Below, one piece after another: positions 10,603 through 24,400 of a stretch of 64,000 bases of DNA. The DNA is from Raillietiella orientalis (lineage: Eukaryota), in the NCBI GenBank assembly GCA_036172245.1, contig JAYWIR010000001.1:1054001-1118000 (forward strand). The letters run 5' to 3'. The position numbers were made by a program, and so were the translations under genes. Below the pieces are notes generated by a model. It saw only the letters and a program-made list of their open reading frames with translations, was not told the DNA's origin and ran no database searches. Positions within the stretch are counted from its first letter, which is position 1; every line of letters begins with the position of its first letter.

Positions 10603-13600
10603 TTATTTCTTTGCATTGACTGCAGCTTGCTGTTTCTCCCTAATCCAATTCTGAATACGTGATTTCAGTTCTGTATCGGGTATCAACATGTCTTCTGTCA
10701 AAGGCATTCGATTGAAAGGGTCCGTACAGGAATTGAGAAGATGGCGCACAATAACTGCCCTATCCATTCGAACTTTAGAGGGTGGAAGAATTACCGGATC
10801 TTCCATGAGGGTATCCATTAGAGGATCTAGAATTGGGCATAGAAATGTAAAAAACCTATCACATTTATGGTCAATCATAGAACCTCGAAACTCTTCTGGA
10901 GCATCACTGAAGTTAACATCTTTCTTTATGTTCTGAAGCATGGTGGCATACGCCTGTCCCGCTAGATCGCGAAACTGCTGAATCTGACTTGGTGTTTTGA
11001 TATTCGCACGATCCATACGACTTGCAGCTTCTTCAAAGAGCTCATGGCTGAATGACCTCTGACCAAAACATATCCGTGACATTACATTTCCCACTTACAG
11101 CATCATTTGCCATTGCAGTTGCCAGCTGATCACTGTACAAATGCAAATAAATATCAGTTAGCTGATTAAGCAAGCGTCTTGGTTCCCAAGAGTATTTTTC
11201 AGGATGTTTCACTTTGAGGTTGCGGCATTTAGGCCCACATAACTGCAGCAGGTTGAAGTTTAACATGGCTGCCAATCTGTCCACAAGCTCAGGACATAGA
11301 AAAGGGCCATGGATCTCCAGGGTAAGATAATGAAACATATCCACCGTCTCTGTAGCTAAGTACAGATACCAACGGCACTGTCGCTCATCTGCTAGCAACT
11401 GCTGCACTTTGCTATTCTGTTGTTCTTCAGTCAACTGGCTCCATTGCGTCCCTTCCATGAGTTCCTGAATTTCATGAATACGCTGCGAAACAGGTTTATT
11501 TCAACAGAAAACGAAGCAAATCACTTACTTTCAAGGACTCCAAGGATTCATCCAGGAGGAATGTCATGTCATTCATCACCATATTAACAAATTTCACAAA
11601 TAGTTTGCTGGAACTAAACCAAAGCACATGAGAGGCGGAAAAAACAACTTACTTTGACTCAACAATGATAGCTGCTCTATGTAGGGGCTGAGCCCACATA
11701 TGCTTGAAAATTCCCTGCAAATGGTTGCGTATGCTAAGCTTGTCAAAGAATTCAGAACTAGCGCCTGTGGATTCTACATCTGTATAAAATTTCATCAAAC
11801 TAGCGGCTAGATGACGCTGAGCCAAAGGATGGCGTAGCAATTGATTAAAGAGTGGAAGGGATAAAGGTTGAACCTCTGGACTTAGCATGAAAACCAATTC
11901 CACTAGCTTGGCAATCAAATAAGGATTGCTAACCAGCTGGGGGGAGCACAAGAAACACAAAAAAAACAAGGTGAGGTGTTCATCTACATTTTCTTGCATT
12001 GCCTTCGGTTGAAAAACAAGAACAAATTGAAACCAATCGGCTAAATCTTGCAATGCCCAATCCGGAAAGGATGAGTACAAGGAGTGAATTTCTGGTGTGA
12101 GAGGCAGTTGGGGTGATCTAGCTACACCAAGGAGCAAGAGCAAGATAGCTGCCAAACTATTGCAGAAAAGATTACAGGACAGCATAAATGCTTCATCTAG
12201 AAGCATGGTTTCAGCACACCACCGTATTTGGGTCATTCTCTGGAAAACCATCAATTCCAAGTAGAGTTTCAACTTTCTACCTCAATATTTTGCTTCCATT
12301 TGTTGATGAGTTCCTGGCTACGGGCTATAGAGTCAGAATCTTGTAGAGTATTTTGATGGCTAACGGCTTCATCAACTAGTCGTTGTGAGTCTCGGAGTGA
12401 CTTGACAGCTTGCTGGAGACGACGACATGCTGGTAGGACACCAACATGAAAGCAGTGCAAAGTGAGGAACCAACACTCAGTGGGAAATTTCACAGGATGC
12501 CACACATGTTGCTCCTTTGTATTCAACATCTGCAGCCATTCAGCAACCTCAGCTGAACTAGCTTTCAAGCATGAGCCAGTTGTTAGAGGAATTCGACAAT
12601 CAGGATGATACAAATAAAAGAGATCAACTTTTTCTGGTGCCACTTTTGAAGCCAGTCTTTGAAGTAAACAAAATAGGTTAATCATAACACCGTCAGGAGC
12701 TACTACTGAATAGTCTACATGAAGTTGGGAACGCTTCTCATTACGCTGCAACACTGTTGCCAAATAGGTCATAGTAGCACCACGAGATGCTGAGTTTAAC
12801 AACAGCAAATGAAATACATTAAACTGATGATGTCGAGCTGTTTGTAAGACTTGTCTGAAAGTCTGCTGTCTAAGCCTGACCTCATTGGCAGTAAGACCAA
12901 GAAAGGCACTTTCTGCAAGCTGCGGATTGTCTTCAGCAAAGCAAGATGCTTGCAGAAAGGAACCAAGAAAAGACAGTGAGACTACTTCCCTTCCCTGGGC
13001 TACTGTCATTGGCTCTTGTAACCAGTTTGGCAGATTTGTTAGCAGCATACAGAAGCACCGTACTCCTTGATATCGAAATGCACACAATTCATTGAGAGTT
13101 TGAAGAGGGGCTTGAGGACTGCTAGCTTGGGGTAAACGCTGCCTAGCTAAAGCAGCACAAGAACTCAACAGGGGAGTGAACACCTCATCAAAGCATCCTG
13201 ACTGGCAACACAAATTAACTAATTCCTAAGGAAAGCAAAGTGGAAAACAAAGAATATCTTTCTTACATGGAACAGATCCATTGGTAATTTATGGTTGATC
13301 AGCAAAGGTAATAATAACGGACTGCAACACTGATGTTGTGAACTAAAGCACCCTTGCAGGATCAGGAGAAGATGGCCAATGGCTTGTTGCCTGATAGTAT
13401 CCATTACTTCCATATAACTACGCAAACTACACATCTGAAATACTCCATTGGTAAGCTATTTTATTAAGGAGAAACAAGAGTCACCTTAGAGCGACGACTT
13501 TCTTCTTCACACACCTGCTGATAACACTGTATCACGAAGCCTATCATCAGCATTTCAGGAAAATCATGCCACTTTGTCTGGCCTGTCAAAGATAGCAATT

Positions 13601-14719
13601 CTGTGCAAGCATCTGAGCACTGTAGATCGGCAGATGAATCAGCATTTGGAGAATGCCAAAAGCCTACACTTATTGGGTAACAAAAATAAACAATAATTTC
13701 ATTTGTACATGCAAATCCTGGGTTTCTCATCAATATTTCATGGATTCCTGTTGGGTCCCAAGAACATTTACAGATTATCTCCATTAGACTCATGGATACT
13801 AAATTCTTGATGGAAACAGGCTTTTTTTCACCACTCAGAGGAGTTAAACAAATAAGAGATGCATCTCCTTCATCTACCCATTTCACTTTCAAAATTCTAT
13901 TCACAATTCTTCGAAATTGTTCTTCTGTAGTTTTGCCCTAAAAGATTCAAGCCATCTTCCAATTAACCTTTTGACTACAATCACCTTGAATCGTTTTGGA
14001 GTAGTTTCATCAACTTCCATGGTATCGATGCCTGAATCAACATCCAACTGAATATTCATTTTCATTTCAGGTATTTCATTTTCTTGCCAGGTATTGTCAA
14101 AATTGGATTCCACAGCTAGTAAAATACAGATTACTGTGCTTATCAATTAAAAATTCATTATTCAATTTCAGATAAAAAGTCAAATAAATATTAACAATAT
14201 CTAGTATTGGAAGTATAAGACGTCGAAGGCACATCAGTCTGGTTGGAATTGGTATTTTCTTGATTTGTGCTAGCAAGGTCCATAGAATTATCACATTTTT
14301 CTCCCCTCTCAGTTGACAATTCTTTATCAGCTGGATCGGAAACATTATTCAATGCAGATAAGTAAGCTAAACGCCTTTGTCTAATCTGCAAATCAAAAAT
14401 GCATGCTTTGGAATTTCGTAATATGTACATAGAATTGCAAATTACTCTTTTTCTAAAATACCATTTAATGAACAATCCTTTTCACTACCCATTAACTTAA
14501 TTCTGCTATTATCCTAATGATTCACTATCATAATCATTAAGGCAATGATAGTAAATCTGAAATCAAAATTACGAACACTGATCGGGCAGTCTGGCTATGG
14601 GAATTTACAACATAATAAATTGTAAACATCAAGTAGTCCAATTTAATAAATTCGCTTTGACTAATACACAACTACTTCTTACGAAAACTCACATCTTCAG
14701 GATTGGGATCCGAGTTCAT
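10603..14719 (-). CDS. UBE4B: Ubiquitin conjugation factor E4 B (Ufd2 core plus C-terminal U-box), intact multi-exon gene
   Basis: Exons read from GT-AG sites: 14719-14693, 14385-14196, 14115-13985, 13937-13485, 13434-13267, 13225-12281, 12239-11653, 11613-11529, 11482-11099, 11058-10884, 10826-10603 (3369 nt, 1122 aa; exon 4 may contain an extra in-frame 45-nt intron and the exon 2 donor is weak). N-terminus [18 protein letters not shown] resembles UBE4B; Ufd2 motifs [47 protein letters not shown]-box [18 protein letters not shown]...DPFNRMPLT. Confidence 0.97.
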
Positions 14720-16179
14720 ATTCTTCCAAACATCTCGGCCAAATATTTTTGTGGTAAATTAAGGCCATAATGGGATTCGATACAACTTTTAAATAACTGA
14801 CATAATTTTAGGAAAGCACCAAAATACAAATACATGTTCACGACTTTTAAGCATATAGTTTAAACACACAGGATGACCAGCCTCATTCTTCCTAATACTT
14901 CTAAATACATGCTGATACGTCACTGAGTGATCTTGGGGATCACGAAACGAACAGCATCTTCATTGAATTCATAATGCATGTTTTTAGTAATAATTTCAAT
15001 TTTTTTATGCATTCGATTCAATTATTTAAAGGTCGAACTCTTATTACAACTAGGATTAGTGTGTAAATTTCAAACATTCAAATCCAATAATTTTATGAAA
15101 ATTCATGTATTCCGAATTCAAGATAGCGTTTGAATACCTTACTATTATATCATTCTATCAGTGTCAGGAAATGAATCATTACCTGTTGTTATTGTTAACA
15201 TTTTATCTTTTTGAAATAATTATCTTACCATAATTTGAAGAAACATTCGACCTGATTCTTCATATTCCTCATAATCGATACTTAAATTCAAATGATCTGA
15301 AGAAAAGAAAATATGATTTCCATTCCTACATTTTAGTAATAATGAGTTCTGAAATCAGTATATGTATGTATGCATTTTATGATGTTATCTCTTTTCGAAA
15401 ATTGTCTACAGAATTTTCACAAGCATGCTTGTTCAAACATGGAAATGAATTTAATTTGGGAGCACATGCTGTATCTGATCCATTCAAAAGGTTCTTTCAG
15501 GAGATTGCATCGTTTACTTCGAATTGTATTTAATGCTTAGATTCGCTTCCTCTATGTGTTTGACTAAACATGAGTTTCTGCTAGTTTTCATGAAATCATG
15601 ATATTTTTAACCGGTGGATAAGAGATCGTCAACGTTACTAATTCCTTTCATTCCAGATATGATCCATTGAGATTGACAGCACGTATTTTTTTTACAGTAT
15701 ATGACAAGTCTGACAACAAAGCTATATCTGATTCGTTTTTTTTCTCTTAGAAAAAGGATAAGCCTCGCAGAGCTCTGTTGAACTAGATTTCTCCATAATT
15801 GTGTGCTCATTTAATAGATTTCCAAAGATGCTTGCAGGAGAAAAAAATGAGCAAATTTTGACTAGGTAATAAAGTTGTATTTCAGTGACATGACAGAAAT
15901 ACAAAATCAGGTAAATGCTTACATTCTTCATTACTTTGCCTTGAATTGAAAATTCTGACACATTCTTAACGAGTAAAATACGATAGATAAACCATAATTT
16001 CACAAAAATGGTCAAAGGGAACTAACTGCATGCCTCTGTTAACCCTCGATACAGTTGATTTATTAGTGATGAATGCTTTATGACACTGTGACGAATTTAA
16101 AATACAAAGTATCATGAAGAACCAAAATTAATAAAGGTCTGTTTTTTCTTTTTCCCATCTACTACCAACTGTTTTTCCT

Positions 16180-17760
16180 TTTGCACGTTTGTTTGTTTGT
16201 TTCCAAAAATTATGAATTCTTTCTAACGAACACAGCCATTGTTCAGGAATACCTTTACAGACACTTGGAGAAACTCAATCCTTTAAGATAATACATAGCT
16301 GGAATACGATGGTTCCTGTAGTGAGAAGTCTTCTTCCACCGACTGCCTCCTCAAATCCTGGCTAATTATGAAATTTCTGCTTCCTTCTGAGGCAGATCCC
16401 GTAACTAAGAGTCTGTATCTCAGTCTGTGAGCTTCCATGGTTACGAACAGTAAAACAGAGTGTCACTGTCTGCAGAGTCGGTTTCCAAGCATGGGGCCTG
16501 CGGCCTCCCAGACACGAAATCGGGGAATTTTCATTGAGGTAATGACGTTCTGCATGCAAGCGATTCCACGATGCATGGCAACCTTGCAGGTTTCAGCAGC
16601 GTGAAAAATCTCCGTCCACGCATCTAGGTAGATCTGAGTTCGTCTTCTCTCGCTTTCTGCTTGTCGTAGGCATTGGTCCCTAAAAGGAACTCTAGAAAAC
16701 GCTGAACCTAGGATGACCTAGAAAATGTTCCAGGGACCTTCAATACCCTCCCTACTCCATTACCCGAGGAGTTCTATTTCTTTCTTCAAAGTGAGATTCC
16801 CGGATGCACAGGAAAGCTATCATCTGATTTCGTGACAGCAGCATCGTTTTGCATCTCTGTTTGCACCTTATGCTTAGCTTTGGAAAAACTGTGATCATGG
16901 AAAAATGAATGGGAATGTTTTGACAATCTCGGAAAAGAATCAGAGAGAGAGTGCAGAGAATGCAAAGTCCTCTTCTAGAGAATGTGAACGGAAGGCATCT
17001 TTTTTGTTCCTCTTACGTCTGAATTTCCGGACCAGAATCCAAACATCCACAGCGCTCTTTTCCGTGGCTCTCTTTCAGCTCTTCACTCCACAGCGTGACT
17101 GCCACTGTGCATTTCACTGCCGGTAACCATGAGAAGTCCATCAAATGCTCTTGCATAGATTTTCATTTTGCTATGCATCAGGAAACTCTGCTCTGGAAGA
17201 TGTGTTCTTGCGACTAATGATTGTCAACGGAATGTGCCATGAAGAAATTTCAAACAGCCACTACCCTAGTCAGGACTGTATCAACAGCTTCACCTATAGA
17301 CTCTAACACATTTTTTTTTTCCAATAATGAGGTTTTAAAGTCCAAAAATTTTCTAGTGATAGTGGATTTTATGAGACGGTAAAGGTACGCTGTTCATACT
17401 ATAGCCTCACGACATCACGTTTCTCCAAATGCTCTTCAGCCATCGATGAGGACTACTACAGCACACCCTATATTTTACTTGATTTTCTTTAGCCGATTTT
17501 GGGTCGGAATAGGTCTGCGTATTGCATCATCATCCACAAAGGAAAGGTCATCCTTTGTTTTGCGTATTTCTTTTTCGTTTGTTGCTATGGGAACGCTACC
17601 TACTGTTACTCTAGTCGTTATTAAATCTCAGTCAGGAAGCCCTGTATGCTAACTAGGCACTTTATATCATCAATCACTAGAGAAGACACAGTGTTCAAAA
17701 CACTTCAGACCACTGAGTTGGTACTTGGAAGGAGCTGACGATTTGTCTTTCTCGATACAT
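16180..17760 (-). mobile_element. Cluster of very decayed LINE fragments
   Basis: VVVLIDG*RAFG (RT-like, ~17450), FLCIRESHF (endonuclease-like, ~16800), MHRGI and TLFYC (C-terminal), (AAAC)n near 16190. Confidence 0.4.
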
Positions 17761-18044
17761 GTGTTGGGTTGATGTCGGGATGTCGGTTACTTGCATTCCA
17801 GCTCCGTTTCTGTGGATGAGTCCAAGGAAAGCAGACGAGGAGTTTCTTTACACTTCAGAATGTCCGGACACATGAAAAGGGAGCGAGAGCACTCATCGGA
17901 CTGGCTCGTGGCCCGAGCATTGCCTCCGATGCTTAAAGTGGAGGTGAGGAGGAGGCGGGAAGCCGAGCAGACCACCGAGCTCTCATGCTCGAACGTCGCC
18001 AACCCGGACGCCCCGCTGACACAATAGCACGACGACTCTTTCGA

Positions 18045-18391
18045 GTCAGCAAGTGGAAAGTCACTAAATAACACTGGTAATACTTAAAAAACCATTGCGA
18101 AGAGAGACCCGAAGAACAAGCGGAAGGCGAACAACAGTTATAGGATCCACATCCACAAAGTGTTGAGGCACGTGCACCCGATCACGGGTTTCTCGGGCAG
18201 CGCTATGTGCACTATGAGCAGCTTCGTGAACGATGTCTTCGATCGCATAGCTGTACAAGCGTCCCGCTTGTCTCATTACACGCGACCATCACCAACTGGA
18301 GGTGTAGACAGCAGTGCGCCTACTGCTACCGGGGGAGTGGGCCGTTTCGGAAGACACGAATGCGGTGACCAAGTACACCAGCTCGAAATGA
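18045..18391 (+). pseudogene. H2B: Histone H2B pseudogene
   Basis: [48 protein letters not shown], then after a frameshift [26 protein letters not shown]. No ATG, internal stops, small deletions, decayed 3' stem-loop. Confidence 0.93.
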
Positions 18392-18499
18392 ACACCTTGC
18401 AATGGCCGTCTCCCGATCAACTTGCCCGGAAAAAACAAAAACCAGCCTTTTAGCAAGAGAAAGATTTTATTCACACCTTCCCCTGGGACACCTCCCCCT

Positions 18500-19330
18500 T
18501 GGTGCCCCAGGGGGTCCCCAGACAGCGGTTATAGCAGCACGCCTATAGCCTCACCGAGCCTCGCCTCCTGGCAAAGAACAGACTGTTTGAAAAAAGCGGT
18601 CGCATCAGAGACTCACGTGGCCAGTCGTGGGCGATGGGATCCTGACCCCAACCATCCTCTGCCCCCCGACAGAGAATGGTAGGCATCCTTATCATTCCCA
18701 CTGCCTTCCTTCTTTGTGGTCGATCCTCCGCATACGTTTTTGACGGCGCGACAGATGCTCTCCACTCTCTGCCAGTAACTCGGACATGCGAGCTGATTAG
18801 AGGGAAACCCGGAACGTCCCGATCCTCAGTTTCTGAGTTTCTCCTGAGCCATCGGTCCTTCGGAGGTAGAGGTTGGTGCCTCTGGTGGCTTCTCTTGATC
18901 ACGTTGCCCTCGTTCAGAAAGGCGGACGATCCGGCGGAGCGCCTCACCTCCCTGTCTGCGCGGTGCAGATTGCAAAGCGGAAGGATGACCCGCTGCTGTC
19001 GTTCCCGCGGGCGAGTCCACGTGTTGGAGGGGAAAAAGACGCGTCTCCATGGAGGCGGGCATGCGAATGGGCGCCTCCTGTATGCCGTCATTCTTAAGAC
19101 GGTTCTCTGATTCCCATGTGAGCGAAGCAGTGGACGATGATCCGAGAACGCGTCTCCCCTCCATCCAGCCGCCTGCGTCTTCTTCGGGTAAAACAAAATC
19201 CATCGCTTGTGGCTGACTTGAGCAGCAAAAGTCGGAATCTCCGCACCGTTGCCAAGACATTTGGTTCCCGCGGAAGCCTTTGGTCCGCCTGACTTCCTGG
19301 ACCATGTCTCCAGCGATGGTAAATGCTTCC
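18500..19330 (-). mobile_element. LINE ORF2 endonuclease relic
   Basis: QMSW..MDFVL followed by FSDHRPL, the C-terminal motifs of AP-type endonucleases. Confidence 0.65.
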
Positions 19331-19849
19331 TTGACTCTGCTCAGGTTTCACATTCGCAGGTTTCGCATGGTGAGGATCCGCACGCGCTCACCGCATTCGC
19401 TTTCCTTCCGCTAGCTTCGCGCAGCGCAGCAGCCCACCTTCGGGTGTGCTCTTCCGCTTCCTCCGTCGCTGCTTTTCTTTCGAACCTCTCCAATCTCCTT
19501 GTACTTTCAGGTTTGCAATAAAAAAAAACCGTAAAAAACCCATGAGGAAAACAATTCACCTGTTGAGCTCGTGCAAGAGGAAGGCTCTAGAACGAATTGG
19601 GTCAATTCGTCCTCATCCCCATTATTGTTTTCCACTACAATCTTCTGCTCCATTTTGCGAGCCCTACAAATACCTTGAACGAACTTCTTGTAGGCCATGA
19701 AACCATGTCGAGAAAGAAGTGACGGTTGCTGTTCCTAGTGTGTAGAAAATGCATGTAGTCTTATCGTGAAAACGATTTTTTTTTGTTCGTAAATGAATCT
19801 GTTTTATTAGCTTATTTGTCTTTTGGCCGTGGGCAATCGGAAAACGCGT

Positions 19850-21928
19850 ATGGCAATCGTGCAGGGCAAAAAGAAAGAAAGCGGTCGGGTTTGACGCAAC
19901 ATCTCACGAACTCTTGATAATTTTGCGATCCGTACGAAAGCCGCCGCCCTGCGACTTGCAGATATGGACATTGCTTCCTCCTTTGCTGCAACCCTCAGAG
20001 AGGCATTTCGTCACTGCAAGCGCTCAGTTTCGGTTGACTTTGGATAAGTCGTGTCATCGGATCTTCCCGACCACTTTCTAGCAGCGAAGGCGAGCCCAAA
20101 TCTCTCACGAAGTTGGCATGCTGACTTCCAGCAATCTCTTCACTTTCGGTGGGTCACGTGAGCACTTTCCTTGTGACACCTGAGTTTTGCTTAATTTGGA
20201 TTTGAGGACCGCTCTGCTACCATCAAACATGGCACGACGCCAGCAGCAATCCATTTCGTGCACGCAAATACACACCGTATGTTTTCCTTAATTTTAGGCT
20301 GTCCCTTCTTCTCAAGTGGGGTTTTTGCGTTCTGCCTGGAGCACATTTTGTGCACAATCCACTGATTCCAGGGATTATTTCTAAAAAGAGAAAGAAACCG
20401 AAAGCTTCTTGGGTGTGGAGGGGAAAATGGCACGTGTAAAAATTTCCTCCATGCTGCGAGAGGCCACTCTTCGTGTAGCTGAATCCCAACGCGAAATTCT
20501 CTTCCATTCGGCTTACCTTGCTACGGAGCTGCCTTCATCGCTCGCATGACACCAAATCTCGGAGACCCGGGGTGAACTTCCATGAAGGCTTCGCAGGCCA
20601 GGAACGCTTTTCCCTGCCATCATCCCAAGACAGGGCAGTGGGGGACTTCCCGATAACCTCGGCACTTGCAAGTTTGCCGAATGATCCGTTTCCTCCACGG
20701 AACACTCGAAGGAAAATAACAGCACTGCGGCTCTTGTCTCGGTCGTGTACCACAACATCTGCCCCGTTGACAATCGATTGCCAAACACATGTTTTCAGCA
20801 TGGCTCAGGATTGCAGCAATCTCTTCTGCTATACATCTTACGCGGCCTCTTCGCTCAAATCGTGAACTGCTGCAGACGGACAAGTGAGGTCTACCGGCGC
20901 CAAACAAACGGAATCCCAAGTTTGAACGATTAGGTGAAACCCATCCCGTGTTTGATCCATCTTTTCGATGGGTCCATGCACCTTTCGATACGTTCATTGG
21001 ATCAGAGTGCGAAAGAAAATGAAGACGAGTGAGAAGAAGGGACTTTTGACGTCATTTGTGCGTCGCAGTGTCTTCCTGCCTACTTCTCTGCCTGCGTGCC
21101 TTGCCTTATGCAAGTGATCCTGCGTTGCAATCCAAGAAGCTCGCTGGGTTCCCATGGACACGGCGGGCTGCATCAACAAGCTCATCGCGGTGGTCGCTGA
21201 CTTCCAGCGTCTTCCGTCTAAATTAGCCGTTTCGTTCTCTTAGCTCTTCTTCGAGCGCTAGTCGTGTGCTCACAAGCAAATTCAGGAAATCGATCTACAC
21301 ACTACACCAGTGCCCTCCAAACTTGTCCTACCGCCCCTTTTCCAGGTAAAAAATTGACCTGTGCCCCTCCGCCCGCCGAATCGTTCCAGCGTCTGCCAGG
21401 GGGCGGTATCGCCCACTTTGGGAAGCGCTGATATATACTCGCGTGCAACTTGCTGCAAATTAATGCATTTACACTAACTTTAACAATTCAGAAACAATCT
21501 AAATTTGATTTCATAACTTGGCCTATTAATAGCATCGTATTGTACACAAATAATGACACGCACACATCCTTCAGGTGCATGCTGGATTTTCCGACAGTGC
21601 GCGACACGCTTGTCTGTCAACACGTGCTTGACGAGACCCGCCGGCAGACTTGACCACCAATCGATCGCAACTTGCATTTTGTGTGTTTATTTGGGAAACA
21701 AAGTACCTAACCTAACTACGACTTCCCAAGGTACACAACAGATGAAACCTGTACCAACGTTTTTTTTTTACATTTTCTTATCTTCCCTTCTTTCTTTATT
21801 CTGTCACCGGCCCTCCCTGTTTTTATTCAACGCCCCCCAATTGCACTTGAGACTACTGTCGCCCCCTCCCCCCCTGAATTGTTCCAACGCCCACCAGGAG
21901 GCGGCATCGCCCACTTTGAGAAGCACTG
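19850..21928 (-). mobile_element. hAT (Charlie/Buster-like) transposon relic
   Basis: Terminus CAGTGCTTCTCAAAGTGGGCG at 21928 (minus); decayed transposase motifs AVIFLRVF, SDEGSSV, TCHFPLHTQEA, LLLASCHV*W. Confidence 0.65.
21308..21430. mobile_element. hAT-type mini-MITE nested in the hAT relic
   Basis: CAGTGCCCTCCAAAC ... CTTTGGGAAGCGCTG TIRs; 3' half matches 21860-21928. Confidence 0.75.
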
Positions 21929-22499
21929 CTCTGCACCCAGGGATGCACGGCAAGCTGGTGACGTGTACACAGTCTCCTAAATTTCTTTGATGCCATTGTA
22001 CTATGATCGTACCATCCTGTATGAATTCCATTTTACTATTTGATCAGATTGCCATGTTTACGATTCATGTTCAGCATGAGGTTCTTCCAGTGAGGCTCAA
22101 GCTGGCCTTCGTAGGACCCACCGTACTGCCCATTCTCTCCACCGTACCACTGACTTCTGGTGAAGGATTTGTTCTCTGAAAAATCTGTGTCAAGTTCGTA
22201 TTCTCAGTCGGACTTGGGAACAAGTGAGGTGCAGATGTGGGCTTCGTAGACAAGGGTGATTTTGGTTTTACTTGCCGCGGGTCGCATCTTTCTCCTGACT
22301 TCGTTTCCAAAGCCCTGCTTCCCTGAAAAGCAATCCGAAAAGACGATTATGGAAGCCAATTTTTCCAATTCAGGTTCCAGGGTCCAGAGTCGGAATCATT
22401 AAGCTAAGCCTCTTAAGTTCCAATGGAGATTCCTTATCCGTATCCTGCTTGAACGGCGAAGACGGTTTGTCTACGTCACTGTTCTACTTCTATTCGTTT

Positions 22500-24400
22500 C
22501 AGTGGAACAGTAAATGGAAGGTTGAAATCTTCATTCACAAAATACGATGCCCTCGGAATGACGCAGTAGGCGCGCTTTGCAAAGACCTCACAGAAGACTT
22601 TGCAAATTGTACTTTCCTAGACATGGAAGCGACTAACGATGTGTTTCTTCATTTGCAAGAAAAGAGGTCATGGCGCGTGTGCCGTGTGTGCATTTTTTAT
22701 GGCTGTGAAAAGGGACCGTGTCGCTTTTTGCTGCTAAATTCCTTGGAATATCTGATTAAAGTTTGCTCCTTCTTAGACCCTATTCTCCCGTCAGATGAAG
22801 CTCTTCTCCCAAACTCACTCGTGACCATGAGATTCTCTGTCGCAAAGAAAAACTGTGGTTCGATCGAATTTGGTTTGCACAGCAACATCTGCGATTGTTC
22901 CAATGGTGCTCAACAACAGCACTTGGCAGCTGTTGAGAGGTTCCTTCAGCCTTTTCACTTGTCGCTGTCATAGGAGCCGCTGCAGAGGTGTTTTTCAGGA
23001 ATCTACATGCCCAGTGGTCCGCTGGACACCGTCGACTGCGTGGACAGAAACAGAAGTTCAACATTGCGAGGCCTAACTTGCATTCGGTCCTTCGTGAAAA
23101 TTCAAGCATCCGTCTCGCATTCCTAGAAAAACAGATACTGTGGCGCAACCCATCGAACAGTGCCCATCTCGCTCTTGCACCATTCGCTACGATGGCGGAT
23201 TAAACGAAAAGAAAAATAATTCCAACGTGTACTGCGAGGGACTCCTGGATGTAGCTGTTGGCGGGGAGTGAGAACGTAGTAGTGGAAGTCAGCGTTTCCA
23301 AGGGAACACAACGAATCGTGTATTTGTGTGCGTTCTTATAAACCCAGAACCGTGTTCCAGCATTTCCTGAAAATTCATTCACAGTCATTCAGTCTGTTTC
23401 GATAAAATTCATCAAGGTTCGCTCGAGAAAGCTATCGACCAATGACTTTTGAAGACCAAGTATTTTCCGAGTGTCCTTCGTGCCTTCCTATCGCCTCCTA
23501 TGAATCCAAATTCGTTGGCCCGTGAAAATGATAGGAAGATCTTGTGGGATTGTCCCGTTGACCACCAGCTTCGACAACTTTAACTTTTCCGAATAAATGG
23601 GGCCATAATTGCATGCAACTAAAACAACTGACATTACGTTCATCTCGAGTTTTACTTTATTCGATTTTGAGTTGACGTGAGAACGATCAAAGATAGCACG
23701 TGCACGTAAATGCTTACGAAAAACCGTGTTTATTTGCCGAGACGATTCCAAGCAACAGCTTTTTCGCCAGTACCAAATCCAACGACTTTCTGCCAATGCG
23801 TCCTCAAATAAACCGACACCTTCCTTTATGTGTTTAGGACAAAAGCAAAGGAAATGTTCAGTTCGAAGTGCCTTTTTTTGGTCAAGCATCCGGAAGGTCT
23901 TCAGGACTACCGATGAGGACAAATGTTCGCCTACTTCGTATGGTCAACTGATCAACTCGCGTAGCACGAGTAGCCTAGATCTCCGGAAATGTGGCTGGCA
24001 TGGGCAGCATCTCGTCTTGTGAATTTATTCCACAAAATTCTCGTCAATCTGTGCACCTCGAACACGGTGGCACGTGACTTTTCCACTGCCGCCAGAGCCT
24101 CTTGTTTCCACACAATCCCCGTCGTTGGTCCTCTTCAAGTAACTTTTAATGTTCTGCATAGCAGCGTTCAGGATGTTGCTAATCTTATTGCGAAAGCTGT
24201 TCACTTTCCACTGCAGAAGGAATGGACTCTCGGAAGGTTGGTGGGTGTGCTTTGGATCGTTGCAGTAACGACCTCTTTCGCCAATGTAGCCCAGTCTCGC
24301 TAGGGACGCCAGATTCTTCTTTGAGGCTTTGGAAGATGGTCTGCCGGTAAAGTATGGGATCTTCAGCTCATTCTTGCCATGGAATCTGGAAGAAGACATC
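22500..24400 (-). mobile_element. hAT (ZBED-like) transposase relic
   Basis: VPRSTRWN motif (~23230) and NTSLVAS...F resembling the hAT dimerisation region (~22640); frameshifted. Confidence 0.55.

Noticed and set aside
13660-14200. Non-canonical (GA-AG or AT-AC) introns in UBE4B
   Set aside because: Frame-compatible GT donors exist and no U12 ATATCCTT signal is present.
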